A stretch of DNA of 58,863 bases, counting the filler, from Malassezia furfur (taxonomy: Eukaryota), in the NCBI GenBank assembly GCA_052055015.1. It is 2 parts of 2 records of this genome, joined end to end, with 100 filler letters (N's around TTAATTAATTAA, not from the genome) between each part and the next. Parts side by side here need not be neighbours in the genome. Positions count along the whole stretch, not along the records: positions 29,490 to 58,863 come from JBQJIT010000105.1; 1 more part is not named here. One strand, written 5' to 3'. Both the position numbers and the translations under genes were made by a program. The notes below the pieces were generated by a model that saw only the letters and a list, made by a program, of their open reading frames with translations, was not told where the DNA came from and made no database searches. Of the stretch, positions 33,431-44,291 are shown one piece after another; position 1 is the stretch's first letter, and the number at the start of each line of letters is the position of its first letter.

Positions 33431-35178
33431 ATGGAGCCTGCCAACGACATTCTGGGGCAGGTGCTCGTGGTGAGCGGTGGAAGCGGCTACAATGACCTGG
33501 TTGGCGCTACACCGAATGCGATCTATGTTCTACCAGGTACGTATTTGCGTTCTCATCGCTAGTATCCGACAACGGTGGTGCGTAACAGCAGTCACGAAGC
33601 GATGCTCACACCCTGTCCAGGGTCGTCTTCGGGTAGGTACAACATCTCTGACATCCAGAAATCATTCGCGTACTTGGTATGTATACCTAACTCACGCAGG
33701 CGGCCCATCACTGGGAGATATCCGCTCCCGGCTTGTCCGTCTCGCTGCGATCGCAATGACTCACCGCGATGACTCATGCTTGAGCCAGCCCCATTCGCGA
33801 GAGGCGCTCTACACGCTCTTGATGCATCGGCTCCCTCTTGAGGGATCATCAAGGGCGATTAAGCAGGAATGGATGGATATTCTCGAGGGAAAACATAAAC
33901 TTTGGCGAGGTATCGATCCGGAGAAGCGCGAATGTGTGCGGGGTTTTCTGGTCCAATTCGAAAGCGATGTGCTCCATCGTGCGCACCGAAATTTCAATTT
34001 CCGCGGTGGAAGCATCGGAAACTTTTTCTTGGTCGCGATGCAGCGATTTTTCCGATCGATCCAAAGCGCAATCTTCCTGTTCTCAGCCCTTGTGGGCATA
34101 CAACCGGCGCTACCGGACTGTCGCATCCTCCCTGCCATTAATACGAACAGAACCGTAACCATTGCAGCTATTTTGGATAACGGCGAAAGTATCGTTGGTC
34201 AATGCGAAATTTCTCATCCAAGCGTTCGTCCAACCGCCAATGTTCAAGAGTTTATCTCGAGTCATGTGTCCACGCGACAGCCCTCACCTGAAGCGACACC
34301 CTCCGCATCTGTTCACAATCTTCAGCATCTGGACGTGGTTTCACCTAGCAAGGCGCACGAACAGCTGGTATCGCGCTCGATTGGCATGCAAGGAGGTGCT
34401 TCGGATGCTTCAAGCGCACACAGTATGGAGGAAGCCGAATTCGGAGACGATGATGAGGACAAGGACGAGCACTCAGATTCTGACAATGAAGCGCTCGGAA
34501 ATCTTGCTTTTTCGAAGCTGGACGAAAGTGCGGTTCTGCAATCGCCCATTTCACGTACGTCGTTTGCTAACACAGGCATCTACTATGTGAATGTATGCTT
34601 TTTTTTTTGCTGACCCCAGTCCTTCCGCAACGAGGTGTTCCCGTCCCCTAACCCCGTTTACTTACAGGCGCTCGAGCGGTGCCGCATGCTTGTGTACTCT
34701 TGGTACGTATTTGCCTAATACCAGTGGTTCTCTGTGGACAAGTATCATTCCTTGCCTTGCGTTGCGTGGCATTGCCTCTGCCATCGCGAATTCGCCCACA
34801 CTAGAACACAAGGTTCTACTCCTCAATTCCTCACATGACCGTGAAACCATGGGTATGAATGGAATGGACTTTGTGCGGGCTATCTGTCGGTCACTGAACG
34901 ACCTGGACAAGGAACCAGGTTTCTTACTAGGAACCGGTCCCTATCCAATTCGCAAACTCGTTACCCATGTGGTTTACGTGAGGCAAGGCTCAATATACGT
35001 ACCTGTTGACGAGCTTGAGGTATGTTTCGCAAGGTTCTGACCCAGTCTCTGGGTGTGAAATGTATCCCAGTTGATGCTGAGTACCCCAAGCCTCGCCTTA
35101 ATGAACATCGTGAGTCTTGCCAAATGCGCTTACACAGTCTTGAGGTCTGCCCTCGAATCCATTGCCCTCAACCGCTGA
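33431..35178 (+). CDS. CofD/UPF0052 (YvcK/GlmR, yeast YNL011C-like) family protein, many introns
   Basis: Spliced VLVVSGGSGYN...VLPVSDNGGSSSEIIRVLGGPSLGDIRSRL, GSIGNFFL, IVGQCEISHP, RIYYVN, GSLWTSIIPCL. Confidence 0.82.
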
Positions 35179-35318
35179 GCGAAAATATCCATTCTACCAT
35201 CGTTCCCATTAACTCGCCTTTGCGTCAAACATAAGTTCGTGAAAACGGAAGCATACACAGTTCTTCGGAAGGTCCTCCTTAACACTTTTATTTCATATCC
35301 TGTCCTCCAAATGATCTA

Positions 35319-36401
35319 CTATTTTTCTGTTTCAGATTTATGCATATATTCGCCCTGGTGTCTCATGAAACGAGCCCAGCCAATTTTGGCTTGCTGTCCC
35401 TGGATGTATAAGGGATTTGAATGATAGTGGTGGATGGCTTCAGCCGCAGAAGCATGTGTTTTGAGCGTGACAAACGCAAAATGACGTTCTAGGAACAGTT
35501 GTATTGAAACAACAGGTCCATAGGCCTCAAAATGCGAGGAAATTTCCTCCGAAGAAGCCGAGGTCGGAAGATTGCCAACATAAACTGCTGTGATTTCTGA
35601 AGGGGGTTGAGTGTTAGATGTGTGCCGGGTCAGGTTTGCAGGGCTTGAATTCTCTTCCACAAATGTGGGCCGAATCTCTAGGCGTCTGTTTGCCCAATTC
35701 ATTCGAATCGGTCTACTCCCAAGCCATTGCCCATGCATGGTTGCAATACTTGTTGCAGCATCAGATTCTTGTTCAAACCGCACGAAGCCATAGCCCCGGG
35801 AACGGTGCGATTGTAAGTCCCAAATGACTCTTGCATCAAATAATGACGGGAAAATAGAGAACGCATGTACAAGGGCCGCATCGTTGATTTCCGGGGCTAA
35901 GTCTCCCACGAAAACTGAAAATAGCCTGGGTCCTGCCAGACTAGCATCAGCGGCTTCCGGTGAAGGTTGTTGAACAGAGGGAGTAGCAGAAGATGATTGT
36001 GACGTAGAAGAGTTGTGAGGGGATGCGGCATTTGGGCTTTCAGCGCCTCGAACTAGCCATGGAGGTAGAGGCTCACCCGAATTAGCGCCTTGGTGCGCCC
36101 AGTTCAGACGCAGCGTGCGTCCAAACAGTCGATATCCATGAAAGATAGAGATTGCTTCTTCCGCACTCGCTAGGCGCGCATATTCGACAAATCCATAGCC
36201 TGTACCGGGTTGACCATCAGCCGAGGTGGGTGCAACAATCTTTGTACTTCGAACAAAACCAGCCTGTCCGAACAAGTCAGAGAGCATCCTTTCCGAAACA
36301 AGTGGGGAGAGGTTGCCAACGTAGAGGTAAGGCCTCCGCGACGCAACCTCGAGATTCCGTTGGATGGGGCTCCCCCTCCAAGACGGAGGAGCTTTCTCCA
36401 T
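35319..36401 (-). CDS. Three-RRM RNA-binding protein, Pub1/TIA-1 family
   Basis: LYVGNL/GYGFVEY, VFVGDL/SRGYGFVRF...WLGSRPIRMNWA and VYVGNL/FAFV. Confidence 0.85.
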   Translation of the reverse strand: MEKAPPSWRGSPIQRNLEVASRRPYLYVGNLSPLVSERMLSDLFGQAGFVRSTKIVAPTSADGQPGTGYGFVEYARLASAEEAISIFHGYRLFGRTLRLNWAHQGANSGEPLPPWLVRGAESPNAASPHNSSTSQSSSATPSVQQPSPEAADASLAGPRLFSVFVGDLAPEINDAALVHAFSIFPSLFDARVIWDLQSHRSRGYGFVRFEQESDAATSIATMHGQWLGSRPIRMNWANRRLEIRPTFVEENSSPANLTRHTSNTQPPSEITAVYVGNLPTSASSEEISSHFEAYGPVVSIQLFLERHFAFVTLKTHASAAEAIHHYHSNPLYIQGQQAKIGWARFMRHQGEYMHKSETEK

Positions 36402-36597
36402 ACGGTCTTCAGCAGCTGTTGGCGCCTATAGTGATAGAAACAGTCTGACACAAGCTGTCAATCCTTCGTAGGTGTCAATTTCATCGGCCCAATCACGCAC
36501 TGTATATGGCTGACATGTCCTATTTTTCACGCGCAACAATATGTTTACGCAGCTCCCGAGCTAAATGCTTACACGTCTCTACGCGCCAAATTTGGAA

Positions 36598-37266
36598 ATG
36601 GAGGGGTCCAACTATGGCGTATCCCTAGCGATCCGATTGCAGGCGCTGCTCGCCTTGGTGGTATCTGCCAATGAGCAGAACCATGAATTAGATACAAAGA
36701 ACGCACTGGTGCTGCGATACAAAGCATTGCAAGACACTATAGAGCGAGCTTCGGTGTCCCATCCTTCCCTGGGAAAGGCTCTTGCCAAATGTATGGAATA
36801 CAAGAGTTACTGACCGCTAGCATCTCAATGGAGTTCCGATCTAGACAAGGTTCTATCAGCACAGGACGGAGCAAGTCGCGCGGACCCTTACGTCCAACTT
36901 GCGTTCACTTTGGATGGAGCAGACGACATGCGCGCTTTCCTGCAGCGCATGGAACAGTGTAAAACCCTCGATCAACAGGGGGTTACCAACACAGGCACGC
37001 TCGAAGGTATGTTCTTGGTCGTAATCCAGACATCACCGCCATGCAGGACCGTGTCATTACCTGCGCGCGGGCGCAAGAAGCTCTCTCCACGGAGCTCGAA
37101 CAAATCAGACGCAAGACTGCAGACTTGCTCGACAGCTACGGGAGCTACGTAAGTTGCCATACATCACTCACACGCTCAGGTCGATCAGTTATCGCGTATT
37201 TTTCTGAGCTTAGACCATACCATTGGTCAACTCGAGAGACGAGTTCCACGTGGCGAATGCACATAA
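36598..37266 (+). CDS. Small helical protein, dynactin p24 (DCTN3/RO10)-like, spliced
   Basis: SLAIRLQALLALV N-terminus and, after three short introns, LLDSYGSY|VDQLSRIFLSLDHTIGQLERRV C-terminus. Confidence 0.5.
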
Positions 37267-37302
37267 TGCATAGGGGGCGTACCATTTGTACAATTACAGT
37301 GA

Positions 37303-38017
37303 TCACGGACGCGTCGCGCTTTCTACAGGTGCAGTCGAGGAATTACGAACCGATAGGTCAGCTTCGTCTTGGGACAGAGCCGCAACCTGGTCGGTAGCGG
37401 CATCGCGTGGTGGGTTCATCGCCTCCAGTTGCTTCATAGCCGTAGTGAAGAAGGGGCGAAGCTCGGCAATTTCCATGGAAGAGATATTGGTCATCTAGGT
37501 TAGGTGGTGAGGACACACCTCGAGATGGTTCCGGTTTATCATTTGGAGACCCGACGAAATTTTGCTCTGACGTGCCTCACGGAGATCTTTTAGCAGAGAA
37601 CGAACTCGTGCAGAGGAAGGAATGTCTTCAGCGGCACTAGGGTCAGGACAAACACGTACTGCTCCAGTAAAAGCTTGGACACGGCAACGTAGTGCAGGGG
37701 CAAAGGGGCAAAGGGTAATGACTGTGTTTCCTGACGGACAAAATCTGAGAGGGTGTCTGTGTTGGAATCGTCCACGTACCGACCGTAAGCCAATCAGGTG
37801 GAATGATCACACACTTCCGTTTCTTCCGCAGCGATAATGCCAACCACAACGGAACCTCTGCATGGGACAGTGGTCGAAATGGACCATATGTGCCACTTAA
37901 TAACCGGAACTTGTCCACAGTTACAAGAGGAAGAATCTGAATCGGCGTTTCACTTGAGGCCACGAATTCCATCTCAGTAGGCAATATGCCATACTGCGTT
38001 GCTGCTGGGAGCGCCAT
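37303..38017 (-). CDS. PSF2: GINS complex subunit Psf2, spliced
   Basis: MALP...EMEFVA, GPFRP...EVPLWLALSLRKKRKCVIIPPDWL, DLREARQSK, NISSMEIAELRPFF. Confidence 0.92.
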
Positions 38018-38082
38018 GGTCGTTTGCCAGTCGTGGGGTGGAGGTGCTTTGATCGGGGAATCGGGGTTGAGCACGGCCCTCC

Positions 38083-39071
38083 ATGTTGGAGGCAGTGAAC
38101 CGCAGGGTCTCTGACCTGTGGGGAAAGCTCCGGGAACGGGTAGAGCAATTAACCCCTATTCAAAAGGGGACAATTGTAGCACTCGGAACTCTATATGCAG
38201 CTATTCTCATCGGGCTGATGTTTGTCGGTGGAGATTATGTCTTCAAAGGTAAGTTGAGCGCTAACGCAGTCATCGCACATATAGCCACCTGGATGCGTGC
38301 ATCAAGGCTCGGTGCCCTCGTGCTTTATGCAGCAATGACGCTGACTGCCATTCCTCCTATATCCGGGTTTGGAACATGCGTTACGATGGCAGGCATGGCC
38401 TATGCAAGTGTACAGCCATCGGAATCCCATTCTTGGACACACGTTTCTTGGCGCCTCATACAAGGGTGGATTATTGCATCAGGAGGGCTTGTTTTAAGCT
38501 CTTCCATTAGCTTCATTGCGTTGCGCGCCTTACTCAATCGTCTCCATGGTCATTGGAGCATTCTTACTGATATCAAAAATGATCGTCGATTCCGCGCTCT
38601 ACAGCAGGCTGTTCGAGAGCGGGGCCTTTGGATGGCTGTACTTGCAAGGTGCGTACGCTCACTAACAAAGGTTTTGCCCATTACCACACTGTTGTACGTG
38701 TGCTAACTCACTCAGATACCAATCTTCTCCTTGCGGTACGTGTTATACTGACGCAGTCGCTTGACTCTCTATCCCTCCCAGTGTACATTGTTTCCGCAAC
38801 TCTATCTGCTCCACGTATACTGATTCATGTGTTTATGGGTGCAAAGCTTTATGAACTTATCGACAGCGACGTCCGTGCGCATCAAGACACAGCGACGAAA
38901 GTAAGGAACGTTATCTCGATCATAATCGGACTCTTGCTTGGTGTTGGAAGCAGTTGGCTTATTTGGAAAGAGACCAGCCGTATTCTGGATCTGGACAGTG
39001 ATGAGCCGTTGCTCGAAGAAGGTGCGGAAGAATGGAGAACAGAACACGAAGAAGACCAATTCGTGCTCTAA
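38083..39071 (+). CDS. TVP38: Tvp38/TMEM64 (DedA/VTT) Golgi membrane protein, spliced
   Basis: AIPPISGFG, RFRALQQAVRERGL and spliced LARFCPLPHCYTNLLLAS, PRILIHVFMG. Confidence 0.78.
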
Positions 39072-39080
39072 CATGCGTGA

Positions 39081-39881
39081 CTATGAAGTGCTAGTCTTGG
39101 GGGGTAACCACCAGCGGTGCAAGCGCATTGCAATGCCTTCGAATGTATCGGGTGCGGGACGAACGTCCAGGTAGAAACTGATTTTGTTCTTGGGATCAGA
39201 CGCCTTCATCATCGCGTCGGAGGATGTTTGACTCGGGTTCCGACCAGCGTAGAAGTCAATGATGTAGCGCATGGTCTTTGGTTCACCTGTCGCATCCGGA
39301 CGTACAACGATCCAGTCATGCCGATCGAAAGGCAGCTGATATCCCGCAATGCTTCGCATCCAAGCACGCCAAGTGTAGTCACGAGGACGACCCACGAAGT
39401 TCACAAGCTCCGGCTCTGATGCCCCGGGCTCATTCCAGTTCTTTTCCCATTCGCGAATCATATGCCAAGCCTGTTCGTTGACGGCATTGTGAATGGGAAC
39501 CACAACATCCATGTCTTCCGCACGGGCGTCGTGGTTTTTCCGCCGCACCGCGCTATAAAATTGCATGGGAGAAGGATACACCCATTTTTTGTCCTGCTCA
39601 CCCAATTCATCGGCATCCGTATGAGCCGAGTCTTCCTTCCCTACCGAGCCCATATAGTGCCTAGGGATCGAAGATACCTCCCGTTCCGTAGACAGGTGAG
39701 GAGCACCTTCCGATGTCCCTGTTGCCTTGGCCTCTTTCGCTTGCTCTAGGTAGGCAGCTTGCGTTTCGTGGTCAACAGGACATCCAACATTCTCCTTCCA
39801 TTTGTGACGTGTTTCATGGTCCACTGGGCAGCCGCTTGGCTGCGCAGGCGCCGCCTTCGCGCTGCTGGAGAACGGCCACAT
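39081..39881 (-). CDS. Holocytochrome c/c1 synthase (heme lyase, Cyt2-like)
   Basis: Two GCPVDHET heme-regulatory motifs, LSTEREVSSIPR, WVYPSPMQFY, IHNAVNEQAW, PFDRHDW, RYIIDFY, LDVRPA. Confidence 0.92.
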   Translation of the reverse strand: MWPFSSSAKAAPAQPSGCPVDHETRHKWKENVGCPVDHETQAAYLEQAKEAKATGTSEGAPHLSTEREVSSIPRHYMGSVGKEDSAHTDADELGEQDKKWVYPSPMQFYSAVRRKNHDARAEDMDVVVPIHNAVNEQAWHMIREWEKNWNEPGASEPELVNFVGRPRDYTWRAWMRSIAGYQLPFDRHDWIVVRPDATGEPKTMRYIIDFYAGRNPSQTSSDAMMKASDPKNKISFYLDVRPAPDTFEGIAMRLHRWWLPPKTSTS

Positions 39882-39982
39882 CGTGAAGCCACCTTGGCAA
39901 GAGTATTTCTTTAGTCAGCACGCGGTGTCCTTCGCTTCTGCAGCCCAAAACCTCACGGCCCAACGGCCCTGGCTCATGCAAA

Positions 39983-41938
39983 ATGAGTATGGTATGGTCG
40001 CGGGAGAGCGCGCGTCTATGCCAGAATATTATAAGGGAGCATTTTGGACCGGTCGTTGAGGTGCGTTCATCTAGCTTACCCAGCGCGTCGCAGCTGTGTT
40101 GCTTCAGCGCGGCAGAATGACCGTACGAGAGTTGGCTCGCTATGTCAACATGGTTACAACGGGCCGATCTACGTCCAAGACTGTATGGAATGCCAGGGGA
40201 AGACCACCGGCATCGGGCCAATATACCGAAGAGCAATCAAAAAAGCGACCCGTTTCCATGCGGCTGATCCAACAGTCTCTCATGATCTTAATTCAGCATC
40301 ACTGTGTGCTCCATTCCATACATGCACGCGAGGATGCAGACATGCACCAAGAGGAATTTTTTGAGCCTAACATCGATGAAATTCTCGCGCGTCTTCGGTT
40401 CGGAATCTACCGAAACATCGCTCAGAACTGGGGCGGTGATATTGCGGAGAATGTGGTTGTCCTTCTCATGATTCATGGGCAAATGCGCGCTGGTGATATC
40501 ATCGATACCCTCGCCAGTACGGAAGGTAACTTTCTTGACCAGATTGTCCTTTCTAGCACGGAGCCCGCGTCTGGCCAAAAAGCCGCACGGATTGCGCAAA
40601 CACTCGTCCACATGCTGCAGGAATCGTTTGTACGGCCTTCTACGGCCGTGCAGCATGTCTCGCGACAGGACCGCGAAATCGCTTATGAGACCATGCTGCG
40701 GAAGTCTTATAAAGGTATACCAACCGCAAAAGTCCTCAAGGAATTCAAGGTGAAAGTCGCGCAGATGATCGACGAAGAAGACCGTCGCGAATGGGAGGTT
40801 CCTAATAACGCACTAGATGAGCCGCGTCTGGGTCTGAAACGCAAGACGCAAACTCCTCATCATCGCGAGAAGCGTGCCAAAAAGTCGGCTCGCACAGATG
40901 TCTCTTCGGATCGTATGGAGGATGATCAGAGCTGGGACATTGACAGGGATGTCTGGCTCCGTGTCAACCACGACAGGTTTAATGTGCGGATCCGTAACGA
41001 AATTCTCGTTCGCGCCGTGGCCCAAAAGTACAATCCCACCACAGGAGAAGTGTTCCGTGCTATGCTTGTTGACGATCGCCCCGGTATGGTCCGTTGTGAG
41101 ATGGACGAGCGTTCTCGGCCCATATCCATCAACACCCTGTCTCATAACATCCCGCATGGTCTCAAAATTCAGCGAGGACTGGACAAACGATCAATTCTTG
41201 GCGAGAACTCAAGCCAACATCCTACCACCAATGAGCTGTTGGCCGAATACTTTGCCATTCTGTCGAACCATGACAACATTTCTTCCTCGGTACGGAATAC
41301 ACGCTTGCTGGCGCCTTTCGGGAGTGCAACTACGACGAGTGCGGGAGGAACAACCAAGGTTCCGACTTCCGTAACGGTCGAATACATCAACATTATCCGA
41401 CAATTGCAAATGCAGATGGTCCGCGACGTTGTTGTTGAACGTTTTGGTCCGACAGCAGGTCGTATTTTCTCGATCCTGACCGAGAAGGGCAAATTGGAGG
41501 AGAAACACGTATGTCCCTTTGCTGACCCAGATTTCCAAAATTGGCCTAATCTCTATGGGTGAAACGCGCGACATCTGCGCACGGATGTTTGCTGCGTCCT
41601 TGTTGAGCCTGCAAGAAGTGCCAAAGAGCAATGAGCGAAATCCCCAGCGCACGTTTTTCCTATGGTTTGTCGACCTGAACAAGTCTAAAGCGTGGCTCAA
41701 GGATCATTATTCGAAAACGATTGGGCTTATTATCGAGCGTCGACTGTTTGAACAAAGCCGCAAGTCGCTGCTGTTGCGCAAAGTGGAGCGCTCTGACGTC
41801 AAAGAAGACACCGAAGGGCTGCTGACGGAATGGGAGCGGAATAGTCTGGCGTCCCTCCACTCCGTATTGGAGGCCCTCACCGTGGTGGAGACCCGCGTGG
41901 TCCTGGACAGCTTTTTGCTCGACCATTTCCCCTCATGA
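39983..41938 (+). CDS. RPC82: RNA polymerase III subunit C82/RPC3, spliced
   Basis: LCQNIIREHFGPVVE|RVAAVLLQRGR, SLMILIQHH, RIFSILTEKGKLEEKH|ISK, LQEVPKSNERNPQRTFFLW. Confidence 0.88.
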
Positions 41939-42039
41939 ATCCGCCTCCACATAGATCTTGTACCAACATGTTGAGTTTGGTTCTATCTGGGGAATGTGTT
42001 TTCGTTGCCTCGCACTAGCATCTGTCGACGCTCACGCTG

Positions 42040-44245
42040 ATGGTCTCTGACAACGCAGTGGATCTTGCGCTGATCCGCAGCGAAGCACTATACTGCTTGC
42101 GTCGCGAGCAGCTTGTAAACTTGTGCAAACGACACGGTATTAAGCCCAAAGGAAAAGTACGTGTACACCGTAACACAGACGAGCCAACTCGCTGATGCAT
42201 TGCGCAAAAGCATTGATGCAAGTCTTACTCAAAGCCCTCCAGCTACTATGAGTCCTGAGGGAGCTCGCTCCCCGGCATTGAGGATGAGTACAAGCGAGGC
42301 TGCAGCAAAGGAGCCAAGCAAAGAACTTGCTGAGTTGTCACCCAGGCTGAACTCACCGCGGGATGGCACTGACTCGACTGAGTCTGTTGTTGGCTTGTAT
42401 CGCGACCCAATCATTCCACACGCTATGACCCCCGTGCTTGCTGAGGAAGTTGCCGAAGCATCTCGTAAAGCAACCGAATCGCGTTTCGGGTCAGACTGCG
42501 GCAGTTCTTCAAACAGTTCGAAAAATGCCCCGAAGCTGACCATGGAACTTCCACAACTCAGTCTCAGTCTATCCAATGAAGACATCATGCCGAAAGAGGA
42601 AGGTCAAATTGCAGATGCTCATGAACACCGCGCTGCGTCGCCGTCTACAACCGATCGGAACGCAAGTGGCCTGGGCGAAAAAGAGGAAGGAAGTAACCCT
42701 GAGCAAGACTCTCCGTCCGATGGCCCCGTGCAGCTAACTGACACGGCCACAGATGGTGACATTAGCCTGAAGGCGCCAAATCATGCTTCTGAGCCTGTTG
42801 CACAAGAGCAGCTCCTGGGTCCTGCTGCGCAGGCGTCGCCCACGCCCGCGACGCCGCAGACTCCAGCGGCTAAGTCTGATGAAGCCGAACAGCGGTCCTA
42901 TTTTGATTCTCGGTCCGCTCTTTCCCCATCTCAATCCCCTGCCATTTCCAGTCGCAGCCCTCGCCCCTCTTCTCCCTTTACTGGTGCCCTGTATCGACTT
43001 CCAGGATCCTTGCGCCGTCATCGCTCTACGCGGTCGACCAAGTCAGCGGCGTCCAAGGACCCATCCGATGAGCATCCTCCCCAATCGCCTGTGCCCAAGT
43101 CGCCTGTGCCCAAGTCGCCTGCTTCCAAGTCGCCTGCGCCGCAACAAACGCATACGCAACACCGGATGGTTATGTTGAGCCAGAACACGCAACGTAACGA
43201 CAGCCAAATGCGTGCCAAGCCCCAGACAACCGATTATTCGTCGCAGCCGAGTGCCCTGGAAGCCACAGCGGGGCGGTCCCTCTTCCCGGATCTGTGTCAT
43301 GACAGCATGTATTTCCCCGGTGTCTCATCACCACCCGAGCGGCCACTTACGCACGGCGATGTCCGCCGCATCTATGCTGAGCTCTTGGCGGAGCGGGATG
43401 CAGCAAAGCCCCCGACATTGTCCCGGCGCGTCGGCAAGTTTATGCGCCGCATGCGCGGGGTCAAGGACAGTCAGCCTGCCGATCAAGGGTCGCAAATCCG
43501 CGCACGCACGCAGCCATACCCTGTCCGGCGTTCGGCTCCGCCTATGCCGGAAGACGATCAGATCAATGTCGCAGGACCGGACATGCTGGAGGCAGCTATG
43601 CAAGGCTGCCAAAAATCATCCGTGATGTCGCCTGAGCCGATGCCGACCCTCCAGGTGGGAGAATACGGCAACGTGGTTCACTTCGCGGAGCCCGTGCCTG
43701 AGGAGAGCGAGGAGGAAGAGGAGCCCGAGACCCCAGCTATTGCCATCACGAGCCCCAGCATCGAGGCGTCATTGGACCAAGCCCCAGTGCCTGAGGAGGC
43801 GCCGGTCCAGGAGGCAGATGCCGATACCAGCAGCTCGTCGTTGGTGCCTACCGAGCTGGTTGAGGCGCCGCGTCGACGCAAGAAGCGGTCTGCCTCGGTA
43901 CTCGAGGCAGTCACTTTGCCGCCTGCGCTGCGCTCGAGCACCACCCTGGAGCCGACAGTGAAGCCGATGGTGCAGGCACCATTCTTCCCTCCGTCCCCGT
44001 CGAGCGTGAAACAAGAACTGCCGACGCTCGACGATATGGTGGACACGCTCGGCTGGGAGAAGGCGCTCGAGCTGATCCAGCAGGAAAAGCGCAACGAGCC
44101 CAAGTCACTTCGGAGCACGACGCGTTTCCGTGCGTCCGGCGCTGAGAATGTGCCGCCGGGGTGCGACACGCCTCGATCGCGGGCACGCATGCAGGGCACG
44201 CCCGGCCGGCCCCGTGCGCGGCTGCAGGCGAGCGGTCTTCGTTGA
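42040..44245 (+). CDS. Hypothetical protein with N-terminal SAP-like motif and long disordered S/P-rich body
   Basis: EALYCLRREQLVNLCKRHGIKPKGK|TSQLADAL joined by a 22-nt intron near 42157-42178. Confidence 0.62.
43085..43144 (+). repeat. 15-nt tandem repeat x4 encoding SPVPK/SPASK
   Basis: tcgcctgtgcccaag x2, tcgcctgcttccaag, tcgcctgcgccgcaa. Confidence 0.85.
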
Positions 44246-44291
44246 TCAGAGTAGTAAATAACACTAGTGGGTATGAAGTCAAGAGTCACTA

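Noticed and set aside
34645..34656. CCCTAACCCC as a telomerase RNA template
   Set aside because: It lies in a conserved coding exon (FPSPNP), is short enough to occur by chance, and has no supporting structure.
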